Below the pieces are notes generated by a model, which searched no databases, had not been told where the DNA came from, and was given only the letters and a program-made list of their open reading frames with translations. The position numbers were made by a program, and so were the translations under genes. DNA of 64,000 nucleotides from Hormiphora californensis. Its lineage: Eukaryota > Animalia > Ctenophora. The number at the start of each line of letters is the position of its first letter. The first letter of the stretch is position 1. The stretch is taken from NCBI GenBank assembly GCA_020137815.1, contig CM035353.1, positions 4,836,001 through 4,900,000 on the forward strand, in the 5' to 3' direction. Positions 22,117 through 34,395 of the stretch are shown piece after piece.

Positions 22117-24193
22117 GAATCCCTACTTACATACCAACAACCTCCATACCAACATCCCCCATACCACATAGGTATGGAGGGTGTTGGTATGGAAGCGTTT
22201 TGTGAGGTTCAGTGACCTCCATACCAACTCATAGAATATATTTAGAGAGTTGGTATGGAGGGTATTAAAGTCTCTATAACGCTTCCATACCAACTCGATG
22301 CAGCCATACCGACTTGTGAAAATCCTTGATATCTGGGTGTATGGTGCTGCCAATTAGAGCTGTCCCGATGTACGATTCAATTACACGATTCATATCACGA
22401 TACGGAATTCAAGTGGCTTAGCTTTGGGTGGGGTGTGCCTTTCACGTACTGTGTGTGTTTAGTTTAATGCAATACAAACATAAGATATTACAGGAACTAT
22501 GTCTTGACTTTACTACAACGGACGACGCGATAATCCTCTATACATCCACCCATACATCCACCCACTGGCCACTATTATAGCCATTCAGATCTCCCCGACT
22601 GTCCTCGAGTCATCAGAAATGTGCTCCTCAACCTCTCTCTTCTAATCTTCCCGATTCCCACTTCTTCCAAAATCCCTCCACGTCGGAGACACTTCAAGAT
22701 CCGGCACGATACCCAGGACAGCAATGCCTCTCGCATCTGACTCTGTGTTCGGTACCAATAAGGATTAAGGGTACCTGCACTGGGTATCGTGTATGTCGGT
22801 TGGAGTAAGACTGAGTTACTGGGGTCTCCCATATATTTTCCATCAAGGCTAGCATGAAAATACTATCAGAATTATAGACCAAGATGATGGGGAGAACTCA
22901 GTATCCCAGGTTCCTAAGACGTCTTTAACAAACACACAAACGTAAGATATTACTGTGGTCTGTGTCTTGCCCTCTCCCAACGGCCAACAACTTAAATTAA
23001 ACCTCCCCTTGCAGCTTGCTCCATCTTTCCTGGTCTTGGTGTCCCTGTAATAGGTGTCTATACCGTGTTACCCAGCCACTGAAAACTATGGTGCTCCTAT
23101 TATAATAGTGGCCTACATGTACTGTTGGTGACATGGACACATGTGCAAGATCGAAGTCAATTTGTGGAAATATATTACCACCATACCATCACGAGTACCA
23201 ACACCCTCATACTGCACTCAACTCAACCTTATATATAAGGTCTAAACCCTAAACCCATCGGCCCTCCTAAACCTCCATCTAGACCACATAAACATCACCC
23301 CTCAAATCTGAACAGAAATAAATCACGTACATACTCATACACCGTCTTCGTACTAACAACTCTTTGACCCTGAATCCTCACTCAGTTTGGTCTGTATGGC
23401 TGGTTTCAGGTTTGCTTACTTGCTTTTTATTATGCAAGTATGTAGTTATGTACATACTATATCTTGGTGATTTACTTCTGTTCAGATTTGATGGGTGATG
23501 TTTAGGATGGGTTTAGGTAGTTTAGATGGAGGTTTCGGAGGGGTTTGGGGTTTAGAGTTTAGACCCTAAAGGGTTGGGTTGAGTGTGGCATGAGGGTGTT
23601 GGTACTACCAACTTCTCTTGTGATAGAGGTAGTGACAAGATGCAATACGTATTACAACACGTATTCCACTAGGCTGAACCGCCGATAGAAAAACCTGGCA
23701 TAAAAGGTTACTTGCACAGTGCACCAGCTGTATCGGTAAGAGCTACATCGGAGCCACATTCCTAGGCCACTTTAATAGGAATTGTTGGCTGTTGGTTGAG
23801 GGTAAGACACAGACCACAGTGATATCTTACGTTTGTATTGCATTAAACTAAACACACACAGTACGTGAAAGGCACACCTCACCCAAAGCTAAGGCACTTG
23901 AATTCCGTATCGTGATATATGAATCGTGTAAGTGAATCGTACATCGGGCCAGCTCTAATTGACAGTGCCATACACCCAGATATCAAGGATTTTCACAAGT
24001 TGGTATGGCTGCATCGAGTTGGTATGGAAGCGTTATAGAGACTAATACCCTCCATACCAACTCTCTAAATATAATCTATGAGTTGGTATGGAGGTCACTG
24101 AACCTCATAAAACGCTTCCATACCAACACCCTCCATACCTATGTGGTATGGGGGATGTTGGTATGGAGGTTGTTGGTATGTAAGTGTGGAACC
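22117..24193. mobile_element. Mutator/foldback-like non-autonomous element, ~400-bp TIRs, 9-bp TSD
   Basis: 22117-~22500 inverts 23810-24193; cattatggt at 22108-22116 and 24194-24202; ccataccaac subrepeats; second inner IR ~23193-23327 / 23467-23607. Confidence 0.8.
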
Positions 24194-24821
24194 CATTATG
24201 GTGTGTCACCACATTGCGACATTATGTTTCACATTAGATAGCGGTTGTAGGAACTCCTTTCAGTAGAAAGTTATCTTCTTCCAGGATCATTATTTATTAA
24301 ATATTTAATGTTCGTGTCCGCTTGAACCTGAATCAAGGTGGGTTTAATGTGGCCACTTGCTATGAGATGGTACCCCGCCCGGACCCCAAATATACACTTT
24401 ATTACGATTCACGTCCGTATTATAATAACATGATGGCTTTAGCTGGTATCTGGTCATCTTCATAGCTGTCGTTAATGAATTCTATCACTTCCGGTCATTT
24501 CATCATCTGTAGAATGACATGGCGACTCACTAGAATGTTCAAATTTCGACACAAAGTGATCATTACCATCCCCCACATGTCAATATTTTCAAATTAATTT
24601 TTAACATCTGGATATTTCACTTTGTTTTTTATTATTTTTAAGTCCGCAGACTGTCGAGGGCATAAGCTGCAGGCCGTGGCCGATCTAAGGACGCATCCTG
24701 TTACCAAATTAGGCCGTTCAGGGGTTATTGCTCCATTTTTTAAGTGTGTACACTACCACATACTGGGGATCCTCCTCACTATAGACTTCCTTCAAACCTA
24801 TAACATTATAATCAATAATTT

Positions 24822-25405
24822 TTTCCCTGCCCGGGTGGATGCCCGAAGGGCATCCACCCGGATGATCGTTTTAGCACGTGTGCTAAAAAGATCATAAAGG
24901 GTTTAGAAATCTCGGATTTGAAATAGTAACTCGAGCGTGGTCAAAATCGCGTGTGTCACGGTAGCAGCCTGACAAACGCGATGCTGACAATTTTGAAAAG
25001 TTCGTCCGCAAAGTTATTTCACTACGGATTGTGGTGGCGCGCGCTCAAAATTTGCTGCGTGCGGCGCTCTCAATGCAGCGTTGTTGGTCTCACACCTCGC
25101 GCGTTACAGCATAGCGCCGCTACTAGCGCTCGAATGGATTTAACTTCTTAATCAATCTGATCGAAACTAAAAGCTCAGCTCGTTAGTATGGTGACTGACG
25201 GAACGTGAGAAGTTCCCATGCATAGCTTAGTGTCACATAACATTGTAATTAGGCGTTGGCGTCGCGACGATCAGATCACATTGCACGGTATCATCTAGTG
25301 TGGGCGGGGCTCAGAGATCTCATCGCAGATCGCTTATCAGTGAATGTGATCGGTTTGAGTATTCGTTGGCAGGGAAACACAGCATTATGAAACATAATGC
25401 AATAA
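24822..25405 (+). mobile_element. Helentron-associated (HINE/DINE-1-like) non-autonomous element
   Basis: T-run then sub-TIR tttccctgcc (24822-24831) / ggcagggaaa (25368-25377); 14-bp-stem GAA hairpin 24831-24861; 3' hairpin gcattatg-aaa-cataatgc 25382-25400; no TSD. Confidence 0.6.
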
Positions 25406-26310
25406 TAATTCTTGTTAACATCCATTACTTTATTAAAAATATACATATTTCATCTAATCCACAGATCATTGATCCAGTTTGGGGTTTTCACCTTTTACAT
25501 CGGGTACATCAGTTACATCATCTTCCTGATAATATGTAACATATTCTACATAATCAATGGTCATAACTGTTATGCCTGACAAACGAACGTCTGATTTAAA
25601 GCTGATATAAAAGACTGATATTAGGGTCCAGTTACAAAATTGGAACCTGATATCAGTGTCAGGTTCTTTTTAGAGTTGCGTGCAACATGGTTCACCAGGT
25701 GTGTCCCAGCTGTCCAGTGTACTCATGTCAGATTCCAATTTTATAACTAGAGCATAATCTAGTACAAAGTGAAACAAGCGGTTTCAGAGAACTAAAATTG
25801 TTTCAATACAAATTAATGCATATATCATCATAATCTACTCTTACCTCGTCAGATTCTAGTATCTGTATTAATACCTCTTCTGGTATTAAGCATTTAACAG
25901 GAATGACCTTTTTACCCTTCTTTGTCAGACATGATATTAAATGTATTTATATATGGGAGGGGTATGGGATGTTGCATGTATACGGGTTGGTACAGTGGGT
26001 CAGAGGGGTGCTCGTCCCTAAAGGGAAGAGTGGGGATTCAGGTCAATGGACATTCTAGTTTTAATAAAACTCATTTCTGAACATCATTTCGTTGTTTATT
26101 GACAAAGATAAACAAAAAGATTAAAACAACTTTTCACTTACCCCTGGCTTTTAACATGATGCTGGTTTGGAGTGTTTGATCATACTATATTACGTCATTT
26201 TGACTAATTTTAAGGCTTTTGGGGGGGGGGGCAAGGCCAAAGAAAAAAAGCCCGTTGAGTTGAGCAGTTTAGTTGGTAGAATGACAGTTCCATGGATCTC
26301 CAGTTATATT

Positions 26311-26510
26311 ATCCAGTGATATATTATCCAGTGATATATTATCCAGTGATATATTATCCAGTGATATATTATCCAGTGATATATTATCCAGTGATATATT
26401 ATCCAGTGATATATTATCCAGTGATATATTATCCAGTGATATATTATCCAGTGATATATTATCCAGTGATATATTATCCAGTGATATATTATCCAGTGAT
26501 ATATTATCCA
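26311..26510. repeat. Perfect 15-bp tandem array, 13+ copies
   Basis: atccagtgatatatt repeated without mismatch. Confidence 0.97.
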
Positions 26511-26963
26511 CTATCCTGGCGTTGAATCAACATTGTTGATGGGCCCACTGATGATGTATCTTACATTATCTTAGACTAGTTATATAATAGTACAATTATT
26601 ATTATTGTTATTAAATCTGTTTACAATAACTTGACACTGTCAATATTGTCCTCCTATTTGCGAGGAAAATGGAACTCTCTAGTATAATAGTACAAGTAAA
26701 ACAAGGAAGTTTTAGTTCAACAGTTTCATCTTACCCTCGAAACGAAATCCTCCACTCTGTTGATCAGTGATTTTAAATATTCCTGATGGGAACCCCTTGG
26801 AACGTTCTTTAGTGAGTATATAATAGTACTCGTATTTTCCAGTACGTGTGTTCTTCTTTCAATGCACGTCCCTTCGTTTTGAGTTGTGTTTTTAGCGGAA
26901 TGAAGCGAATGATATTGCTACTGATCTTGTTGTTGACATCACCCTCTCCTCCATCCTCATTTA

Positions 26964-28378
26964 CAGGGTCTATTCCTAAGGTCGCCCCGAACCCCCCTTT
27001 TACTCTCTAAAATATTCCGCACTTTGACCAACATGCAAACAAATGCTTGTCGTGTGTCCTTTTCTCATCGTATCAAGTTCTAATAAACACCATCTTTTAG
27101 AAAATTTAATTCCGAGTTTGCTGGTGAAAACTAGGTTTAATTTGGAAAACAACAAGCAAAATGACAGCAAAAACCGCGTACGACTACCAAAATCAGTCAC
27201 GTTACCCAAGCATTTTGTTTTGATTGTAGCTCAGGAACTAAAACCGATCTCAAAAATCGGCCACATGTCCCACCTAGAACTTTGTCTCATCTTTCCCGTG
27301 GTACCGGAGTTGTACAGATTGGGTCAATACCCATGATTTCTATAAAGAAAAACAACGAAAAAAGCAATTTTGCTTCAAAATCACACTGCTCTCTCCTCGA
27401 AATTAAGGTCGCCCCAAACGTTATTGCCTATGTATCTCTCCCACTCACTAGTTAACACCACAATCTCACCAATCTGGTTTGGCTCTCGAGATGGGAGAGA
27501 ATGTGAGAACAACGTAGCGAGGGAGAGAGATACATACCAAAATACAAAATAAGGTCGCCCCAGTACTATATTCGTATGTATCTCTCTCTCCCCCACTGTC
27601 GAGATGAGTGAGAATATGACAACAACGTAGCGAGGGAGAGAGATACATACCAAAATACAAAATAAGGTCGCCCAAGTAGTATGTTCTTATGTATCTCTCT
27701 CTCCCCCACGACTTAACACCATGTTCTCACCGTGTGTAAAGTTGCAGATCTCAGCAGGAGGGGGGAGGTTTGGTTGTGTGGTTCTGCAGAGCTCGAACAG
27801 AATATGAAATTAGTATAAATCCACTAAACCCGACTAATTTTGATACGCTGAATCACATGAGCAACTTTTCCAAGCCCTCAGAGGTGGGGAAATTGCCCTA
27901 ATTGAGCATAATTGGATATTATATGGGCATAACTGAGCTATACATGTAGTTTGTTAAATTTCTCTATTTCATTTATTGATGCAATCCTACTATTTACCCC
28001 GACAGAAATCCTACAAGACCTTCTAGACACCCATGATTTCAGACTGAAAGAGACCCTGCTAAACAGCCTGAGAGGGATATATAGCACGACCTAACGGGTT
28101 GTCTTGCAAGATTTGGGGGGGGGCATTTCGCAGGGGGAGGGTTGCTTTCTGAGGGGTATATAGTAGGAAGAACTAACTTCGGCGTCGTCCTCAGCGAGCA
28201 GTGAGAGAGAGAGCGAGAAGAGAGGAGGAGAGAGAGCAGAGAAGAAGAGAGAGGAGAGAGAGAGAGAGATAGAGAAAGAGGAGAGAGTAGGAGAGAGAGA
28301 GAGAGAGGAGCGAGAGATAGAGAGAGCTCTCTATCGCTCTATCTCTCTCTCTCTTCTTCTCTCTCTCTCTTCTTCTCC

Positions 28379-28421
<43 letters not shown>

Positions 28422-28578
28422 CCCTACAAGCTTGTGGGACACTATGAATGTTTTTGCGTGTTTATTTGTGTGTGATTTGTGTGTCCCTCGCATGGGGCTG
28501 GACTAACAAACTCTAAATTTTTTGTGTTCGATTCTTATGATTGTTTGATGAGTCCAAATTTATATTTTCAAGCCAAAG

Positions 28579-28661
<83 letters not shown>

Positions 28662-28889
28662 CACACACTCACCATTTTAGGAGGGGTGGGTGGGGGCAAA
28701 GACCAATTTTCAGACCTCTAGAACGAAATTCTTTTTCATTGAAATGAACATTTCCATTCATTTCAAAAAAGATTCGGTGAGAATCAAATGACATGACTAA
28801 CTTTTAGAAACATGACACTGTGTCTCTTGTGGTCGTCCAATTTAGCTGATCTTGGTTGGAAAGATAATCGATAGCGCCAAAAAGAGAGA

Positions 28890-28950
<61 letters not shown>

Positions 28951-30161
28951 CAGTTAGTTATCCTACTATAGACCCCTCAGAAAGCAGACCCTGCAAAATG
29001 CCCCCCAAATCTTGCAAGACAACCCGTCGGTTAGGTCGTGCTATATATCCCTCTCAGGCTGTTTAGCAGGGTCTCTTTCAGTCTGAAATCATGGGTGTCT
29101 AGAAGGTCTTGTAGGATTTCTGTCGGGGTAAATAGTAGGATTGCATCAATAAATGAAATAGAGAAATTTAACAAACTACATGTATAGCTCAGTTATGCCC
29201 ATATAATATCCAATTATGCTCAATTAGGGCAATTTCCCCACCTCTGAGGGCTTGGAAAAGTTGCTCATGTGATTCAGCGTATCAAAATTAGTCGGGTTTA
29301 GTGGATTTATACTAATTTCATATTCTGTTCGAGCTCTGCAGAACCACACAACCAAACCTCCCCCCTCCTGCTGAGATCTGCAACTTTACACACGGTGAGA
29401 ACATGGTGTTAAGTCGTGGGGGAGAGAGAGATACATAAGAACATACTACTTGGGCGACCTTATTTTGTATTTTGGTATGTATCTCTCTCCCTCGCTACGT
29501 TGTTGTCATATTCTCACTCATCTCGACAGTGGGGGAGAGAGAGATACATACGAATATAGTACTGGGGCGACCTTATTTTGTATTTTGGTATGTATCTCTC
29601 TCCCTCGCTACGTTGTTCTCACATTCTCTCCTATCTCGAGAGCCAAACCAGATTGGTGAGATTGTGGTGTTAACTAGTGAGTGGGAGAGATACATAGGCA
29701 ATAACGTTTGGGGCGACCTTAATTTCGAGGAGAGAGCAGTGTGATTTTGAAGCAAAATTGCTTTTTTCGTTGTTTTTCTTTATAGAAATCATGGGTATTA
29801 ACCCAATCTGTACAACTCCGGTACCACGGGAAAGATGAGACAAAGTTCTAGGTGGGACATGTGGCCGATTTTTGAGATCGGTTTTAGTTCCTGAGCTACA
29901 ATCAAAACAAAATGCTTGGGTAACGTGACTGATTTTGGTAGTCGTACGCGGTTTTTGCTGTCATTTTGCTTGTTGTTTTCCAAATTAAACCTAGTTTTCA
30001 CCAGCAAACTCGGAATTAAATTTTCTAAAAGATGGTGTTTATTAGAACTTGATACGATGAGAAAAGGACACACGACAAGCATTTGTTTGCATGTTGGTCA
30101 AAGGGCGGAATATTTTAGAGAGTAAAAGGGGGGTTCGGGGCGACCTTAGGAATAGACCCTG
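26964..30161. mobile_element. Giant foldback element (3.2 kb): ~1.2-kb near-identical TIRs, CAGGG termini, 5-bp TSD, (GA)/(CT) microsatellite core
   Basis: 26964-~28178 inverts ~28952-30161 (mirror ORFs in the track confirm); attta at 26959-26963 and 30162-30166. Confidence 0.95.
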
Positions 30162-30189
30162 ATTTAGAGTAGTCCGATGGTGGTTATAT

Positions 30190-30403
30190 ATCTCTTTCTC
30201 TCTCTCTCGCTGCTAGAGTAGAGAGAGAGAGCGAGGAGGTAGAGAGAGATAGAGGAGAGAGCGAGAGAGAGAGAGAGAAGAGAGAGAGAAGAGCAGAGAG
30301 ATGAGAGAAGAGAGAGTATTCTCTCATTCCATCTTCTCTATCTCCTCTCTCCCTCTCCCTCCCTCTCTCTCTCTCTCTCTCTCTCTTCTCTCCTCTCTCT
30401 CTC

Positions 30404-30476
<73 letters not shown>
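30190..30476. repeat. (GA)n/(CT)n low-complexity tract
   Basis: Opposed purine and pyrimidine dinucleotide runs. Confidence 0.95.
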
Positions 30477-30477
<1 letters not shown>

Positions 30478-33113
30478 CTTTCAGGGGCAGTGAAATTGTC
30501 AAATGTGGCATGTTCAACACATGGACATGCCCAGTGTAGACCCGACAACTCGGCCTCTCTACTTGTACGGAGGGCGCGGTGTATTCTCTCTGTTGAAAGG
30601 GGAACGTGCGCGCGCTCATTTGCGGCAAAAGTTGTCCGTAAGATTCTCTCCGCCCCGTTTCCTTCCGCTTCCCACCCCCTTTCTCTCGATCCTTCATTCC
30701 TTCTTATGTTTTGTTCCTCAACTCTTGCTCGTTTTGAATAAGATTTAGTTTTTATCTAGTGGTAGACTATAGTAGACTGTAGTCTTAATTAGAGAATTGA
30801 CCTGACATTGTGCTCGTTTTGAAACGCTTTTTAAATGGGTTTCCATTCTTATGTCGGGTGTACTAATTTAAATCATAAATTTTAATGGCCAAGTCCATGT
30901 GTTGTAGATCCGGAGTGGAAATTTTATCTGCCCCTTCAATATTTCCCCCACAAATGCAAGTAACTCACGAACAGCAACATTTGTAATATTGTGTTTGTAT
31001 CCAGGTGTTAGTGGCTTTTTTGTTTTTTTGAGTTCCATTGTGAACTTACCGGTATTGTTACCCGGTAATAGTCAATATCCACCTCGGTCTCGTTATCGGG
31101 GCAATATTCATAATGATATGTCGTTAAAGGGATTTCCATGTCACTATGGTCGATTCCGGGTCTATTCCGGTCAGCCATTATAGTATATATATATTATACC
31201 AAAACTAATTGAAATTAGTGTGCCAGAAAGGTGTTAGTATCTTGAAGTATAGATCCCATTTCCTAATCTAATGGATCAACTCTGACCTTTTTTTTGGATA
31301 ATTGCAATAGCTACCGGAATTTATTTAAAACTAATTGCTACATTAAGTTATAGATTATATTAATTATATTTGTTGAGCTACAGAATCGAGTAGATGTTAT
31401 GAGACGCATATCTCGAAGGAATCTTTCGTTTACGAAAAGTTTGGAGAATATTTCGTTTGTGTTTGTTAAACTTGTTGGAGAGGTAACAGTAGAAGTTTCC
31501 GTAAGCTGGCCGATAGACAGCATCCAGAGAGAAGCATTAGAGGTAGTGAGGGTGCAGTTTTAGCCGCAAGATAATGGGCAACGGGGTTGGAATCCATCCG
31601 GAGTAGTTGATGTTATGAAGGGTTTAGTGTGGTCGATGTCTCAGGTCACAGATTGTAACATGTAGATCCAGTAACATTTGTAATCTTGTGTTTTGAGTCC
31701 AGGTGTTAGTATCAACGTCGTGAAGGCGGTTAGGAAGTTGTTTCTTATTTTGGAAAAAACTAATGTCTTCTAAAGTCCAAGAACGCCCTAACAGGTGTTT
31801 GGCTAACGTTTTCAGTGGGAGGAGGCGGTTTTCCGCTTCTCCTCTGGCGTCCATCATCTCTACCTATTTGGTTAAAAATTGTTTGGTTTATTTTTGCGTA
31901 GGGGTGGAGGCCCTACGAAGAATGACCTTATTCGTTCTCACCAGTTGCTGCTTTCCCCCATTTGCGGGACAACATAGACTTCCGATTAAATTCCTTCACT
32001 GAATTCGTCAGCCTTTCATTTGATTTTTGATCTAAAATTTAAAAAGATCCATTAGATTAAGTGTCCGTAAGCCGCTCGGGGGGGGGGGGGGGGGGGGGTA
32101 AGTGATAGCTTACCCCAATCAAACTTTCTTTCGACTTCTGCATAAGGAAGGACTCAAACTTTTCCAGAGTCGAAATTTTATCTGTCCCTTCAATGTGTTC
32201 CCCCACAAGTGCAAGTAACTCACGAACAGCAACATTTGTGTTTGGAGTCCAGGTGCAGTCCAGGTGTTAGTATCTTGGAGTATTATAGATCCCATTTCCT
32301 AATCTAATGGGTCAACTCTGACTCTTTTTTATTGGATAATTGCAATAGCTACCGGAATTTATATAAAACTAATTGCTACATTAAGTTATAGATTATATTA
32401 ATTATATTTGTTAAGCTACAGAATCGAGTCCATTTGTTGGCCTCCCGCTTGCTACTTGCCCGAAAATTGCTGATCCCGCATCGTATTCTAGAGCCAACAG
32501 ATGTTTGTTGTCGGGGTCTACCTTCTTGTATGTGTTATTTCTACTTTCACAATTTTATTGGTGGTATTTTTTGTCAGACCCTGTTTATCCTCCATCTGCT
32601 TTATTTTGTCCTTGCCGCTGTCTGCAAATGATTGTATAATTCATTATTTCTATCTTATATTTTACGAGACTGAAGTAGAAATTTACACAGTAGAACGAAC
32701 GAGTAGCTGATAATCACATCACAATAATTCTCCAAAAGTGGTTGCAAAAACTCTTTTAGACGGCAGAAAAAGAATGTGTTGTCCGAAATCGGCCCTATGG
32801 ATAGTTGACAAGTAGGACATACTTCTGATCCCTGGCCCTCAAATGGGTCTGTACATGTGCATTGAGATTATAAAGTAAACTAAATACTTGTCCACATTGC
32901 TCGCAAATGTTCTTTTCATCAGAGCCAGTATGCAACAGATATTTGTTGTCGGGGGGGGGGCGACTTTTCTTTTGTCAGACCCTTTTATTTTCTAGAAGAG
33001 TAATGCCGCTCCTTTTAATGCCTTTTTATGAGCCGTTTCCTCCCCATATATGTACTGCAACTGTAAGTGTTTTACCACATCGCTGTGGTAAGGACGGGTA
33101 AATTGTACAATAT

Positions 33114-34395
33114 GGACATGATCATAAAGTCGGGACACTTTTACAATGTTTTAAAAAATGTGGATTTTGAGTTTTAAATTTGGTTTTTTCACCTGGCTGA
33201 GTAATCTGATCCACCAAAAATTGTCACTAGATAAAAATTGTGAAAACTAGAATTTTAAAGCTTAATTATGCTTTGTTTTATAAGGCTTTAAAGTATGTGG
33301 ATCAGAAACGTGTGGATCAGCATACTCAACCGAGTTAGGTTGATGGTACGTCCTTGAAACTTTGTGGAATGATAGATGGTATAGTAACAAATTGATTGGC
33401 ATGGGTAAATGTACAAAATATGCTCAACCAATGTGGATTTTTTCCAATTTTCTCATAAAATGCGACTCAACCGGAGGTTTATGACAAAGTTTCGGGTCCC
33501 GATTATTCTAAAAAGTTTCGTAAATCGATCCGACATTAGATCATATCCAATTTTTTTTTCAAGCAATGACTCAACTCTTGTGGATCACCACTTTTGTGAC
33601 CGTTGCTCAAAGTCAGTATATAATGAACCATTCTTGGCAGTCTAACTTATAGGCATTATTTGTGGATCATATGGGAAATCTATGCATCAAAACAGTGTGT
33701 ACTAGCTGGGAAATACATACCAAAACTTAATGTGGAGTGGAATAATGGATTCTGACTCAACCATTGTGGATCAAAAGTAAAATTTCTCAGAAAAAAATGA
33801 TCCACATGGAATGAGTGTTCTATTTGAGTTGTAAAAAGGTCTAGTAGCCATTGCCACCAATACAGGTGATTAAAATTCCATTTTTAGCTGAAAAGTTTTA
33901 AAAGTGAGGTTTTAAAACGGTGATCCACACCGGTTGAGTCGTCCTATTCTTCCACCTTTGCCAAATATGGAAACTTTAGACAATTTCCAAAAAGATGAGC
34001 CCTGAATTACTTGTCTATGAGAATTCTATAGACCCTTTTTCGCTTCCCAAAGTTCAAGGGTCTCCAGATCCACATAGGTTGAGTAATTAACAACTCAACC
34101 GACCCTAATAAGCTAGTCATGACGATTATCTATAATACTCGTTGGACTAAAACTAAAATGGTGGTAACTGTGGTTCTGTATTTCAATATTTACAAATGTT
34201 GTCCTGAGATCCACTTCGGTTGAGTAATCGTATTTTTTATTATCAAATATTGTATTTTAATCATATTTTTATCTGCTCCCAAATTTTTAAGTTGTTTGGA
34301 TGAATAAAAGTACCATAATTATTAGTTTTAAAAAATTTGGTCGATATTTTTCAACTTTGAAATTTCAAAAATGTCCCGACTTTATGATCATGACC
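33114..34395. mobile_element. Non-autonomous TIR element (1.28 kb), ATAT flanks (Sola-like signature, uncertain)
   Basis: ggacatgatcataaagtcgggaca / tgtcccgactttatgatcatgacc; atat on both sides; many internal tggatc/gatcca and actcaac/gttgagt motifs. Confidence 0.8.

Noticed and set aside
26269-26525. (DNISL)n and (YYPVI)n ORFs
   Set aside because: By-product of the 15-bp tandem array
27000-30125. Duplicated ORF pairs on opposite strands
   Set aside because: Mirror images produced by the 1.2-kb TIRs; no protein motifs
28191-30748. SLSLSL and ERERER ORFs
   Set aside because: (GA)/(CT) microsatellite translations
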